Source: Vibrio vulnificus CMCP6
Lineage (GTDB): Bacteria; Pseudomonadota; Gammaproteobacteria; Enterobacterales; Vibrionaceae
Direction: 5' to 3'
Length of the DNA stretch: 32,000 nt
Assembly (NCBI RefSeq): GCF_000039765.1
Contig: NC_004459.3
Span: 2,421,127 to 2,453,126 of the forward strand
Position numbers and translations under genes: made by a program
Shown: piece after piece, positions 11,679-21,795 of the stretch
How the letters are laid out: each line of letters opens with the position of its first letter
Position numbering within the stretch: position 1 is the stretch's first letter
Notes under the pieces: generated by a model
Told to the model about the DNA's origin: nothing
Databases searched by the model: none
What the model saw: the letters and a program-made list of their open reading frames with translations, nothing else

Positions 11679-11871
11679 AATCTTTCCTCTAATTGACTAT
11701 ACAAATAGTGCGTAATTAACGTTGAAAAAGCAACTTCATCGCCGCATTTTGTGGTGAAACACATTGTTACGAGCGAGGTGAGCTAATTTGCTTGCAGGTT
11801 TGAGTGGGGTTGTGTAAACAGAATCAGATAACAAAAACGACTGAAATAATACAGAGATAGAAAGGAAAGGT

Positions 11872-12615
11872 ATGTTTAAGAAGTTAAAAGCGTCTTTGGG
11901 TATAGGGGCGGCGAAGGTCGATACAATTCTTGATGAAATGAGTGTGCAGCAAGGGCAAACTCTAAAAGGTCAGGTGCATATTCAAGGCGGTGATGTTGAG
12001 CAGAAAATCGACGCGATTACGGTCAAGCTCAACACGGAGGTCAAAGTTGAATCGGATAGCGGTGTGAGCTACCAAACCTTCACCATCGATAAAATTCAAG
12101 CCGTAGAGCCGTTTGTCATTCAAGCGGGCGAGCAAAAAAGCGTGGCGTTTGAATTAAAACTTCACGATGAAACGCCAGTCACTGCGGTGAACGCATTGAA
12201 AAACCAATGTCATGTTTGGCTGGAAACTTCATTAGACATTGAGTTTGCAATAGACCCGAGAGACCGAGACTTTATTGATGTTAAACCTTTGCCAGTGATA
12301 CAAAAAGTGATTGCCGCAATCACTAGCGCCGGTTTTAACATGGTGAAAGCGGATGTAGAGAAAGGTTTTCTTCGAGGGCAAAATTTTGCGTCGCGCTCTG
12401 GTTGTTATCAAGAGCTCGAGTTTCGTAGCAATGGCTTCCTAGGCAGCAAAGAGATTGAGTTATCTTTTATTCTGGAGGGTGGTGTGGTGCATTGCTTAGC
12501 GGAAATTGATCGTTCGCTCAGTTTAGCTGGGGATCAGTACCGCTCATTCACTCTGCCATTAAATGCAACGGACTCGCAAATCGCGCAAGCCATCGCGCCA
12601 GTATTAAGTGCCTAA
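11872..12615 (+). CDS. Spo0M-like protein (arrestin-like fold family)
   Basis: 247 aa beginning MFKKLKASLGIGAAKVDTILDEMSVQQGQTLKGQVHIQGG, typical of this family. Confidence 0.85.
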   Translation: MFKKLKASLGIGAAKVDTILDEMSVQQGQTLKGQVHIQGGDVEQKIDAITVKLNTEVKVESDSGVSYQTFTIDKIQAVEPFVIQAGEQKSVAFELKLHDETPVTAVNALKNQCHVWLETSLDIEFAIDPRDRDFIDVKPLPVIQKVIAAITSAGFNMVKADVEKGFLRGQNFASRSGCYQELEFRSNGFLGSKEIELSFILEGGVVHCLAEIDRSLSLAGDQYRSFTLPLNATDSQIAQAIAPVLSA

Positions 12616-12632
12616 CCGTTCGTGATATGTAC

Positions 12633-13616
12633 TTAATCAGCGCGCGATTTGAAGAGATAGCGATATCCAAATGTAAACGCGATATCGGTACTGTTGTCCA
12701 TATTTCTGGCGTTTTCTATCATCAAAACTTCGAGCGCTGAACTGTCCATCACATAACGATAGCCCAACACAAACTCATTTGATGGGTCTGAAAAATCATC
12801 AGGCCCTTCAGTCGCCCCCTGATAGATATGGTATTCCGCGAGAATGTGATGCTGGCGAGTAAAGGCATAACGGTATCCGGTCGCAAAAGCGAGTGTGTCT
12901 TTACGGTAGGGGATGTCTGCAATTGAGACTTCTTTGTTGCGATGGGTCATACCAAACATTGCGTAAATTGCGTGTTGCTCCTTTTGGTAACCGTAATTGA
13001 GTTGTAAACCTTGTTCAAAACTACTGCCTTCGAAAGGCCCACTGTTTACATCGTTGTAATAGAGGCTCCCTCCCACAGATAAGGCGTGGTGTTGATCTTG
13101 ATAGAGTTGATATTGCACATAAGTGGATATGGCGCTGCTGAGCGTTTCCCCTTCAAATCCCTCTTCATGAACACCGTATTCCGGCATGGAGATATAAAAG
13201 CGGTGTTTATCGACGGTGTCTCTGCCATTTTGCCCGATACCAAAAAAATCATGGAACGCAATCGTAAGGTTATCTAAATGGTTGTCCGCAGCAAACGTCC
13301 AGCGATAGTTCAGCTCCCATTGCCACTGTTCGTTAACTTGCCATCTCGTGCCGATTTCCAATTGATTGTGATAGTAATCCAGCATGTAATCATTGGTTTC
13401 CGCCCAAACGCTTGCTGCAGTGAGAGAGGTGTAAGCTTCTATCGAGTCATCAGGCAATGAACGTGCATTTCTCAAAACATTGCTTAACGCGTTTGACTGC
13501 ATCGGTGATTGCGCGTAACTCCGCGTTGGTCCATATAAGTCATCGGCGTAGATATCACCGCTAATGGTAAGTAATATAGCTCCGCTCAATGATAAAGAAA
13601 GAATAGTCTTATTCAT
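12633..13616 (-). CDS. DUF3187-like outer membrane beta-barrel protein
   Basis: Signal peptide, alternating aromatic beta-strand pattern and C-terminal TFGYRYLFK. Confidence 0.65.
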   Translation of the reverse strand: MNKTILSLSLSGAILLTISGDIYADDLYGPTRSYAQSPMQSNALSNVLRNARSLPDDSIEAYTSLTAASVWAETNDYMLDYYHNQLEIGTRWQVNEQWQWELNYRWTFAADNHLDNLTIAFHDFFGIGQNGRDTVDKHRFYISMPEYGVHEEGFEGETLSSAISTYVQYQLYQDQHHALSVGGSLYYNDVNSGPFEGSSFEQGLQLNYGYQKEQHAIYAMFGMTHRNKEVSIADIPYRKDTLAFATGYRYAFTRQHHILAEYHIYQGATEGPDDFSDPSNEFVLGYRYVMDSSALEVLMIENARNMDNSTDIAFTFGYRYLFKSRAD

Positions 13617-13815
13617 ATCTATATGATCTTACTGAAATAATCTCATTGTTTTTTATTAGATTACTGCGCGAATTGAGTTGTGCAAGAGGCAAGGGGGCTT
13701 CCTCCTTGGGAGGAAAAAACAATTCTGCTTACAAATCGTGTAGTTGCTGACAAGAAAAATTTTTTAATCATTGTGATTTAGGTCTAATCGTTTACAATGT
13801 GTCGCTTCAGAGGCT

Positions 13816-13835
13816 GGTACATCCGTATTTGTACC
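13816..13835 (+). promoter_or_regulatory. Stem-loop in the thrS 5' leader (candidate autoregulatory element)
   Basis: GGTACA-tccgtatt-TGTACC: 6-bp stem and 8-nt loop containing CGU, ~120 nt upstream of the thrS ATG. Confidence 0.3.
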
Positions 13836-13953
13836 AAAATCTGTACCAAATTATCCAAATTCACTTATGTTTGATTATTAATACATTGATTTTCAAAGCA
13901 TAATTACTGAACACGTGTTGCTTGGTGTGCAACACCACTGTAAAGGAATCAAA

Positions 13954-15882
13954 ATGCCTATTATTACTCTTCCTGACGGCAGTCAACGTCAATTTGATAA
14001 CCCTGTATCAACGATGGATGTTGCGCTATCTATCGGCCCTGGTCTTGCGAAAGCAACCATTGCTGGTCGTGTGAATGGCCAACGTGTTGATGCATGCGAT
14101 TTAATCGAAGAAGATGCAAGTTTAGAGATCATCACTACGAAAGATGAAGTTGATGGTCTAGAAATTGTTCGCCACTCTTGTGCTCACCTACTTGGTCACG
14201 CACTGAAGCAACTTTATCCAAATGCCAAAATGGCTATCGGCCCAACCATTGATAATGGTTTTTACTACGATATCGATTTGGAAGAGTCATTGACGCAAGA
14301 AGATCTGGAAAAGATTGAAGCGCGCATGAAAGCTCTAGCGAAAACCAAATATCAGGTTATCAAGAAAAAAGTAAGCTGGCAGGAAGCGCGTGACGCATTT
14401 GAAGCTCGTGGTGAAACATACAAGATGGAAATCTTGGATGAAAACGTATCACGTGACGATCGCCCAGGTCTTTACCATCACGAAGAATACATCGACATGT
14501 GTCGTGGCCCACACGTGCCTAACATGAGCTTCTGTCAGCACTTTACTTTGTTGAACGTGGCTGGCGCGTACTGGCGTGGTAATAGTGACAACAAGATGCT
14601 TCAACGTATCTATGGTACCGCTTTCCACGATAAGAAAGCGCTGAAAGATCATCTGACTCGTCTAGAAGAAGCAGCAAAACGTGACCATCGTAAAATCGGT
14701 AAACAGCTCGATTTGTTCCATATGCAGCAAGAAGCACCTGGTATGGTGTTCTGGCATCACAATGGTTGGTCTGTATTCCGCGATCTTGAAGTCTTTATTC
14801 GTGAGAAGCTCACGGAATATGGCTATCAAGAAGTAAAAGGCCCATTAATGATGGACCGTGTACTTTGGGAACGCTCTGGCCACTGGGATAAATACGCAGA
14901 TGCGATGTTCACCACTTCTTCAGAGAACCGTGAATACGCTATCAAGCCAATGAACTGTCCTGGTCACGTGCAGATCTTTAACCAAGGTCTAAAATCGTAC
15001 CGCGATCTACCGCTACGTATGGCTGAGTTTGGCTCTTGTCACCGTAACGAGCCATCTGGTGCGCTACACGGTATCATGCGTGTTCGCGGCTTTACTCAGG
15101 ATGATGCACACATCTTCTGTACAGAAAGCCAAATCCAAGATGAAGTGACCAACTGTATCAAGATGGTTTACGACACGTACCAAACATTTGGTTTTGATAA
15201 CATCGCGGTGAAACTGTCTACACGTCCTGAACAGCGTGTAGGTAGCGATGAAATTTGGGATCAATCTGAGGAAGCGCTAAAGCAGGCCCTAGAATCTATG
15301 GATATCGCATACGAGATCCAAGAAGGCGAGGGCGCATTCTACGGTCCTAAGATTGAATTTACACTATTCGACTGCCTAGGTCGTGCGTGGCAGTGTGGTA
15401 CCGTTCAGCTCGACTTCAACCTACCAAATCGCTTAGGTGCGACTTATGTTGGTGAAAACAATGAGCGTTTAGTGCCAGTGATGATTCACCGTGCCATTTT
15501 GGGTTCTCTTGAGCGTTTCATCGGTATTCTAATTGAAGAATATGCTGGTTTCTTCCCAACTTGGTTGGCACCAGAGCAGGCTGTTATCATGAACATCACT
15601 GACAAACAGGCTGATTATGTTCAGGAAATCGCCCAGAAACTACAAAAATGTGGAATTAGAGCGAAAGCGGACTTGAGAAATGAGAAGATTGGCTTTAAAA
15701 TCCGCGAACACACTTTGAAGCGTGTGCCGTTTATGTTGGTTTGTGGCGACCAAGAGATGGAAGCCGGAGAAATCGCAGTACGTACACGTAAAGGTAACGA
15801 TTTGGGTAAATTTAAAGTGGATGACTTTGTTTCTTACATCCAAGATCAAATCGCTAGCCGTAAGCTCAATCTGGAGGAATAA
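13954..15882 (+). CDS. thrS: Threonyl-tRNA synthetase
   Basis: 642 aa from [14 protein letters not shown]; TGS domain, class II motifs ([24 protein letters not shown]). ATG 13954 with upstream AAAGGAA. Confidence 0.97.
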   Translation: MPIITLPDGSQRQFDNPVSTMDVALSIGPGLAKATIAGRVNGQRVDACDLIEEDASLEIITTKDEVDGLEIVRHSCAHLLGHALKQLYPNAKMAIGPTIDNGFYYDIDLEESLTQEDLEKIEARMKALAKTKYQVIKKKVSWQEARDAFEARGETYKMEILDENVSRDDRPGLYHHEEYIDMCRGPHVPNMSFCQHFTLLNVAGAYWRGNSDNKMLQRIYGTAFHDKKALKDHLTRLEEAAKRDHRKIGKQLDLFHMQQEAPGMVFWHHNGWSVFRDLEVFIREKLTEYGYQEVKGPLMMDRVLWERSGHWDKYADAMFTTSSENREYAIKPMNCPGHVQIFNQGLKSYRDLPLRMAEFGSCHRNEPSGALHGIMRVRGFTQDDAHIFCTESQIQDEVTNCIKMVYDTYQTFGFDNIAVKLSTRPEQRVGSDEIWDQSEEALKQALESMDIAYEIQEGEGAFYGPKIEFTLFDCLGRAWQCGTVQLDFNLPNRLGATYVGENNERLVPVMIHRAILGSLERFIGILIEEYAGFFPTWLAPEQAVIMNITDKQADYVQEIAQKLQKCGIRAKADLRNEKIGFKIREHTLKRVPFMLVCGDQEMEAGEIAVRTRKGNDLGKFKVDDFVSYIQDQIASRKLNLEE

Positions 15883-15885
15883 ACT

Positions 15886-16437
15886 ATTAAAGGCGGAAGA
15901 CGTGGCCAAGTTCCGGTCAAACAAAACCAGCACCGTTTAAACGGTGAAATTCGTGGCGTTCGTGAAGTTCGTTTAACAGGCGCTGACGGTGAATCTGTAG
16001 GTATCGTTTCGATCCAAGAAGCACTTGCTGCAGCAGAAGAAGCTGGTATGGATCTCGTAGAGATCAGCCCTAACGCCGAGCCACCAGTTTGTCGTGTGAT
16101 GGACTATGGCAAGTTCCTCTTCGAGAAGAGCAAAGCTACGAAAGAGCAGAAGAAAAAGCAAAAACAGATTCAGATCAAGGAACTAAAATTCCGACCTGGA
16201 ACTGATATCGGAGACTATCAGGTAAAACTACGCAACCTGATCCGTTTCCTTGAAGAAGGCAACAAAGTGAAGGTAACAATTCGCTTCCGTGGCCGTGAGA
16301 TGGCTCACCAAGAGATCGGTGTCGACGTTCTTGAACGTTTGAAAGTGGATACAGTGGAACATGCCGTTGTTGAATCTTTCCCAACGAAGATTGAAGGTCG
16401 TCAGATGATCATGGTGTTGGCCCCTAAAAAGAAGTAA
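15886..16437 (+). CDS. infC: Translation initiation factor IF-3 (non-canonical ATT start)
   Basis: GGAGG-aataaact-ATT AAA GGC GGA AGA CGT GGC; frame open to 16437, in frame with internal M at 16048; encodes [23 protein letters not shown]... typical of IF-3. Confidence 0.95.
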   Translation: MKGGRRGQVPVKQNQHRLNGEIRGVREVRLTGADGESVGIVSIQEALAAAEEAGMDLVEISPNAEPPVCRVMDYGKFLFEKSKATKEQKKKQKQIQIKELKFRPGTDIGDYQVKLRNLIRFLEEGNKVKVTIRFRGREMAHQEIGVDVLERLKVDTVEHAVVESFPTKIEGRQMIMVLAPKKK

Positions 16438-16453
16438 TTAACGGCTTACAAGT

Positions 16454-16491
16454 AATTAAACCCAGCCGTTGAAAGGCGGCTGGGTTTAATT
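16454..16491 (+). terminator. Strong hairpin between infC and rpmI (attenuator or processing site)
   Basis: 15-bp perfect arms AATTAAACCCAGCCG / CGGCTGGGTTTAATT with 8-nt loop; no T-run follows. Confidence 0.6.
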
Positions 16492-16540
16492 CGCCCTAAT
16501 TACGTTGTTATTAAACTACTACAATGCGGAGTTATTCATC

Positions 16541-16735
16541 ATGCCTAAGATGAAAAACAACAAAGGTGCTGCTAAGCGTTTCAAGAAAACTGCTGGTGGT
16601 ATTAAGTACAAGCACGCTACTAAACGTCACATTCTGACTAAGCGTACTACTAAGAACAAGCGTCAGCTACGTCCAAACTCTCTACTTCCAAGATGTGAAG
16701 TAGCAGCAGTTGCTCGTATGCTTCCATACGCTTAA
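16541..16735 (+). CDS. rpmI: 50S ribosomal protein L35
   Basis: [44 protein letters not shown]; ATG at 16541. Confidence 0.98.
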   Translation: MPKMKNNKGAAKRFKKTAGGIKYKHATKRHILTKRTTKNKRQLRPNSLLPRCEVAAVARMLPYA

Positions 16736-16776
16736 TTCTTTTTAGTTTCATAATCGTTTAGTTTAGGAGAGACATA

Positions 16777-17130
16777 ATGCCTCGCGTAAAACGTGGTGTA
16801 CAAGCTCGTGCACGTCATAAGAAAGTTTTAAAACAAGCTAAAGGTTACTACGGTGCACGTTCACGTGTTTACCGCGTAGCTTTCCAAGCAGTTACTAAAG
16901 CTGGTCAATACGCTTACCGTGACCGTCGCGCTAAGAAACGTCAATTCCGTCAACTGTGGATTGCACGTATCAACGCGGCATCTCGTCAAAATGGTCTATC
17001 TTACAGCCGTTTCATCAACGGTCTTAAGAAAGCATCTATCGAGATCGATCGTAAGATCCTTGCGGATATCGCTGTATTCGACAAAGCTGCATTTGCAGTT
17101 CTAGTTGAAAAAGCGAAAGCAGCTCTTTAA
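16777..17130 (+). CDS. rplT: 50S ribosomal protein L20
   Basis: [39 protein letters not shown]..., 117 aa. Confidence 0.98.
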
Positions 17131-17150
17131 TTAGAGTTTAGGTTAAGAGA

Positions 17151-17176
17151 AAGGAGAGCTTAGGCTCTCCTTTTTT
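17151..17176 (+). terminator. Terminator of the ribosomal operon, facing the integrase
   Basis: AAGGAGAGC-ttag-GCTCTCCTT followed by a T-run. Confidence 0.85.
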
Positions 17177-17187
17177 GTATTCTGAAA

Positions 17188-18150
17188 CTAAAGCTTAGAT
17201 AGAGGGCTTAGGACTCCGCCCGCACCTCTTTCTAATACATGAGTGTATATCTGGGTGGTTTTAACGTCAGAATGGCCTAGCTGTTCTTGTACGGTTCTAA
17301 TATCGGCGCCGGACTCAAGTAAGTGTGTTGCAAAGCTATGTCTCAGCGTGTGGCAACTTATGGACTTGGTAATTCCAGCATCTTTTGCCGCTCTCTTTAC
17401 GGCCCTTTGAAGAGCTTGCTCGTTGATGTGATGTCTTCTGAGTAAATCGGACTCTGGATCTCTTGATAACCTATCGGATGGGAATAAATAGTGCCAGTTG
17501 AAATCCATTTCGGCTCCTTGGTATTTTCTTTGCAGAGAAGACGATAACCAAACGCCGGCGTAACCCGCAGTAATTCTGTCTTTTTGATAATAACGTAGTG
17601 CTAATGCCTCTTGCTCTTTCAAGAGGGGATATAACTCCTTAGCGAGTGTAACAGTGCGGTTTTTCCCTCCCTTGCCTTGCCAAACTCTTAGTGCTCCATA
17701 ATGGTAATCAACATCCTGGATTCTAAGACGAACGCACTCCATAACTCTTAATCCAGAGCCATATAACAGCATAATATGAAGTTTATATCTTGGATCTATA
17801 TGTTGAATAAATGCACGAAGCTCTGGCTTGGTCAACACAACTGGCAATTTTCTATCGAGTAGAGACTTCTGAAACTTAATTTCATTATTAAGCGGTGTTC
17901 TGAAATATTCCCGATAGAGAAATAGAACGGAGTTTAATGCAAGTGCTTGTGTCTTTGCGGCAACTTTTTGTTCAACAGCGAGGTGGGTTAAAAATTCTTC
18001 AACATGTTTCTCATTCAATGTAGACGGATGTGCCATCCTATGGAAATAGATGTACTGTTTAATCCAACTGATGTAAGCCTGAATCGTTTTTGTGGCATAG
18101 TGTCGAGTTCGCATATGATCTTGAACACTTAAAATAAACTGATTTTTCAT
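17188..18150 (-). CDS. intIA: Chromosomal integron integrase (IntI family tyrosine recombinase)
   Basis: 320 aa; catalytic motifs LLYGSGLRVMECVRLR, HTLRHSFATHLLESG, LGHSDVKTTQIYTHV; IntI-specific insert region NWHYLFPSDRLSRDPESDLLRRHH. Adjacent to the attC array and downstream of rplT. Confidence 0.97.
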   Translation of the reverse strand: MKNQFILSVQDHMRTRHYATKTIQAYISWIKQYIYFHRMAHPSTLNEKHVEEFLTHLAVEQKVAAKTQALALNSVLFLYREYFRTPLNNEIKFQKSLLDRKLPVVLTKPELRAFIQHIDPRYKLHIMLLYGSGLRVMECVRLRIQDVDYHYGALRVWQGKGGKNRTVTLAKELYPLLKEQEALALRYYQKDRITAGYAGVWLSSSLQRKYQGAEMDFNWHYLFPSDRLSRDPESDLLRRHHINEQALQRAVKRAAKDAGITKSISCHTLRHSFATHLLESGADIRTVQEQLGHSDVKTTQIYTHVLERGAGGVLSPLSKL

Positions 18151-18166
18151 TCCTAACCTTTGTGTT

Positions 18167-18195
18167 TTTATATGTGTATATATACAGCCTTTTAA
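18167..18195 (-). promoter_or_regulatory. Putative PintI promoter with LexA-like box in the spacer
   Basis: Minus strand: TTAAAA-(17 nt)-TATAAA; overlapping CTGTATATATACACAT (18172-18187), CTGT-N8-ACAT, one mismatch to LexA CTGT-N8-ACAG. Confidence 0.6.
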
Positions 18196-18314
18196 AGTTA
18201 GGCTAGTTGTAAAATTAAGCTACATCTAAATGCCTAATTGAGACTATTAGCACGCACTTTCATTCAAAATTGATATTTGTTTCATATGGTTGTGTGATAG
18301 CATTCTTGAAGTCT

Positions 18315-18381
18315 TTGACATAAAGATTGGCGGTAGCGTGCACGATTAGTACAACATGTTGGTGTATAGAGAGCGTTATGT
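18315..18381 (+). other. attI region; recombination junction G^TTATGT at 18375/18376
   Basis: GTTATGT (18375-18381) is complementary to the R' box (ACATAAC) of the first downstream attC, which marks the start of cassette 1. The attI left limit is not determinable by eye. Confidence 0.75.
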
Positions 18382-18467
18382 GACTTCCCAATAGTGACAC
18401 AACTCAGAATACAATAATTAAAATAAGTATATGCTTATATTTTGCAACAAAGACAGGTGGTTAGCGT

Positions 18468-18692
18468 ATGGGAAATGTTATTTCAACACTTTTTAGTTGG
18501 GTCATTATGAGTATGTGGCTTCTATTGCCACTAGGTTGGGTCTATTGGCTTTGGGTTGCAGTAAAAATTGGCGGTTTTGCAATGTTTGCATTGGCGTTGT
18601 TCCCGATTACTTCACCAATAGCAGCTATTTTGGGCGGTTGGTCATTTTTATTCGGACTGCCTGATTGGGTGGTTAGTGTCTTCATATCATAG
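18468..18692 (+). CDS. Small hydrophobic membrane protein, cassette 1
   Basis: 74 aa with two probable TM segments; fits inside cassette 18376-18826. Confidence 0.6.
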   Translation: MGNVISTLFSWVIMSMWLLLPLGWVYWLWVAVKIGGFAMFALALFPITSPIAAILGGWSFLFGLPDWVVSVFIS

Positions 18693-18706
18693 TCTCGAAC
18701 AGCATC

Positions 18707-18832
18707 ACATAACAAACGCTTCAAGAGGGACAGCCAACGCGTGGCATTTTTACTATGCGTTGGTTTTTGTGGTTACGGTGTTATGCAGAAAGTTGGTAGT
18801 AGCGTTGGCTGCCCCTTAAGCGGGCGTTAGTT
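18707..18832 (+). repeat. attC1
   Basis: ACATAAC...GCGTTAGTT, VCR-like core. Confidence 0.93.
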
Positions 18833-19436
18833 TGCAAGAGGAAAAACGCAACCATATCGCAAGATCTAGTGTAAAGGCTCAAAGTTGAAATTGTCGTATT
18901 GGCGTTCAATTTCAGTGTTAATTAGCGTGGTAAAAATCCAAAATTGGCATCGTTTCAAGAGTAAATTTGTTCTTTGGTGTTGTGAGTTTTGGGGCCATTG
19001 AGTCGAACTTTTTTGCTTGAAACTCTGCTCTGTGAGTTTGTTGGTGCAAAAGCAGATTTACTCGCTGAAATGACGTTTTCTCTGGTGTGGCAAGTTCACG
19101 TGGTTTCAGTGGCTTTGTTGAAAGTCCGCATTGTGAGATTGGTTTTCCAAAAGCGCTTTTTGGTGTTGTGAGTTCGTTTTCTGCGGCGTTGTTTGTTCCA
19201 CGTGGTTTCATTGAGTAGCCGCTTTGAGACTACGCCTGACTTGAGTGCGTCAAGGTGCGTATGGTTTGTTGTTTGCAAAGTTTAAAATAACGTAAAATCA
19301 ACACTTTGGGTTTGCAAACTAACAAACTGTTCAAGAGGGATTCGCAACGCGTGGCATTTTCACTATGCGTTGGTTTTAGTGGTTAAGGTAGCATGCAGCG
19401 GCTTTTGTATTGCGTTGCTCACCCCTTAACAGGGCG
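18827..19436 (+). other. ORF-less cassette, family A copy 1 (610 bp)
   Basis: Bounded by attC boxes; repeated at 20713-21320 and 28327-28934; no credible ORF. Confidence 0.85.
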
Positions 19437-19442
19437 TTAGGT
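19317..19442 (+). repeat. attC2
   Basis: AACTAAC...GCGTTAGGT, 126 bp. Confidence 0.95.
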
Positions 19443-19456
19443 TAATCAATGAGGAT

Positions 19457-20110
19457 ATGATGAAAACTGATAAGGTTACGGTCCGGACATTTCAGAATCG
19501 ATACAATACTTACTTAAAACTTTTGCTGGCTCTTCGTAGTGATATGGGTTGGTTTTTTGATGATTCTCATAAAGCAAATATCCTAACAGTCCCATTTATT
19601 CTGACATTGGCAGCAGCACTAGAATGCTCCTTGAATGATCATTTAATTGAGCACTTTGATGATGAGTTTGGTGATAACTCGAAGCAGATGCTTCCGGGGC
19701 TAATGTCAATGAACTTTAAAGGAAAACTCATCAATATAGTGCCAATCTTGACGAAATATAAATTCAAGCTAAATGCCGAGCACAAAGTATATGCACTATT
19801 AGTCGAGTTAATTAAGCTACGTAATAGCCTTGTACATAATAAGAGCGACTATGACTCTCACGAATTCTCGCTACTGAAAGATGATGAAGGGAACGTGCAA
19901 GGGCTACAGTATGATGACTTAGAGTCCTTAATGGGGAAAGAGGTCGATTATACGTTTGGCATAAAAGCAGATGTTGGTGCTATTCATGACGCAGTAGAAA
20001 GGTTCCATGAGTTGTTTTTAGAACATTATCGAGAATCAGACTTCAGTGGTAACGAACTTGTTATTCCGTTAGAAGAGAACAATCGAATCAAAATCGTCGT
20101 AACAGATTAA
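19457..20110 (+). CDS. Uncharacterised cassette protein with HEPN-like RNxxxH-type motif
   Basis: 217 aa; helical protein with KLRNSLVHNK (R-N-x3-H). Complete in cassette 3; stop abuts attC R'. Confidence 0.65.
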   Translation: MMKTDKVTVRTFQNRYNTYLKLLLALRSDMGWFFDDSHKANILTVPFILTLAAALECSLNDHLIEHFDDEFGDNSKQMLPGLMSMNFKGKLINIVPILTKYKFKLNAEHKVYALLVELIKLRNSLVHNKSDYDSHEFSLLKDDEGNVQGLQYDDLESLMGKEVDYTFGIKADVGAIHDAVERFHELFLEHYRESDFSGNELVIPLEENNRIKIVVTD

Positions 20111-20236
20111 CCTAACAAGGCGTTCAAGAGGGATTCATGCCGCGTGGCATTTTTGGCATGCGGTCAGTTTTGGTAGTGAAAGTGGCTTGCGGAAGGTTGG
20201 TTTATGCGGCACTCACCCCTTAACGCAGCGTTATGC
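20110..20236 (+). repeat. attC3
   Basis: ACCTAAC...GCGTTATGC, 127 bp. Confidence 0.95.
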
Positions 20237-20362
20237 AAATACTCAAATCAGCTGATTTTCCAGTGCTTAGGTCTAGGCTATTGGCGAAAATAAATTGGCT
20301 AACTGCCTACAGCATTCTGGTAAACTGCGACCAAACTAAGCGGTATTATTAGGATCCAAGCG

Positions 20363-20584
20363 ATGAGCCAAGAGCAACCAAACAACCCTTTACATGGATT
20401 AACCTTAGAGAAAATCCTTGTTCGTTTACAAGAGCACTATGGTTGGGAAGGGTTAGACAGAGAAATTCAAATTAACTGTTTTTACAGCAATCCATCAATC
20501 AAATCTTCTCTTAAGTTTTTGTGTCGCACACAGTGGGCGAGAGACAAGGTTGAGGCTTTGTATATAGATACGTTTTGCCGTTAG
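20363..20584 (+). CDS. VF530-family (DUF2132) small DNA-binding-like protein
   Basis: MSQEQPNNPLHGLTLEKILVRLQEHYGWEGLDREIQINCFYSNPSIKSSLKFLCRTQWARDKVEALY matches the recalled VF530 pattern. Confidence 0.85.
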   Translation: MSQEQPNNPLHGLTLEKILVRLQEHYGWEGLDREIQINCFYSNPSIKSSLKFLCRTQWARDKVEALYIDTFCR

Positions 20585-20591
20585 AACATTT

Positions 20592-20718
20592 GCATAACAA
20601 GGCGTTCAAGTGGGATTCATGCCGCGTGGCATTTTTGGTATGCAGTGAATTTTGGTGGTGAAAGTGGTTTGCAGAAAGTTGGTTTAGGCGGCATTCACCC
20701 CTTAACGCGGCGTTAGTT
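20592..20718 (+). repeat. attC4
   Basis: GCATAAC...GCGTTAGTT, 127 bp. Confidence 0.95.
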
Positions 20719-21320
20719 TGCAAGCGGAAAAACGCAGCCATATCTCAATATCTAGTGGTAAAAGCTCAAAGTTGAAGTTGTCGTATCGGCGTTCAATTTC
20801 AGTGTTAATTAGCGTGGTAAAAATCCAAAATTGGCATCGCATCAACGGTTGATTTGTTCTTTGGTGCGGCGACTTTGGGGTTAATTGAGTCGAACTTTTT
20901 TGCTGAAACTCTGCTCGTTGAGTTTGTTGGTACAAAAGCCGATTTATTCGCTGAAATGGCGTTTTCTCTGGTGTGGTAAGTTCACTTGGTTTCAGTGACT
21001 TTGTTGAAAGTCCGCATTATGAGGTTGGTTTTCCAAAAGCGCTTTTTGGTGTTGTGAGTTCGTTTTCTGCGTCGTTGTTTGTTCCACGTGGTTTCATTGA
21101 CTAGCCGCTTTTAGACTACGCCTGACTTAAGTGCGTCAAAGCACATAAAGTTTTGCTCGCAAAGTTTAAAATAACGTAAAATCAACCTTTTGGGTCTGCA
21201 AACTAACAAACTGCTCAAGAGGGATTCACAACGCGTGGCATTTTTACTATGCGTTGATTTTAGTGATTAAGGTGGTATGCAGCGGCTTCGGTATTGCGTT
21301 GTTCACCCCTTAGCAGGGCG
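20713..21320 (+). other. ORF-less cassette, family A copy 2 (608 bp)
   Basis: End-to-end similar to 18827-19436; same attC type. Confidence 0.85.
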
Positions 21321-21326
21321 TTAAAT
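21201..21326 (+). repeat. attC5
   Basis: AACTAAC...GCGTTAAAT, 126 bp. Confidence 0.95.
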
Positions 21327-21339
21327 GCACGAGGAAGTT

Positions 21340-21795
21340 ATGGATAAACCGTTTCAGAGAATAGGCTCAAAATCTAATGCTCATGTAGGTCGTGAGTTCG
21401 AATCTGCAGCATCAAAATTTTTTCTGAGCCAAGGCATAGAACTTGTTCCCAATCTGAAAGTTGAAGTCGGCATTTCAAACTTGAAGAAACAACATGCGTT
21501 CGATCTCGGTTGTATTGATCAAAAGATCATTGTCGAGTGTAAGGCTCATAAATGGACAACAGGTGGTAATGTTCCTAGTGCGAAATTGACTGTTTGGAAT
21601 GAAGCAATGTATTACTTTTATACAGCTCCAGTCGGTTTCAGAAAAATTATGTTTGTCCTTCGTGATTTCAGTACAAAGAGGAACGAGACTTTAGCTCAAT
21701 ATTATGTCCGTACTTATAAGCACTTAATCCCAAATGATGTCGAGCTTTGGGAGTACGATGAGAACACTGAAAGTGCATCGAAACTGTGCATTTAA
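21340..21795 (+). CDS. PD-(D/E)XK nuclease-like cassette protein
   Basis: HVGREFESAASKFFLSQGIEL...HAFDLGCIDQKIIVECKAHKW: conserved E in first helix, D then ExK. In-frame start at 21325 also possible. Confidence 0.6.
   Translation: MDKPFQRIGSKSNAHVGREFESAASKFFLSQGIELVPNLKVEVGISNLKKQHAFDLGCIDQKIIVECKAHKWTTGGNVPSAKLTVWNEAMYYFYTAPVGFRKIMFVLRDFSTKRNETLAQYYVRTYKHLIPNDVELWEYDENTESASKLCI

Noticed and set aside
13915-13953. 13-codon upstream extension of thrS
   Set aside because: The conserved start [10 protein letters not shown] has a Shine-Dalgarno sequence; the extension is not typical of ThrRS.
18918-19211. Minus-strand 97-aa ORF in family A copy 1 (and 71-aa counterpart 28494-28709)
   Set aside because: Opposite to cassette orientation, disrupted in copy 2, and low-complexity composition. 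More likely spurious in a non-coding element.
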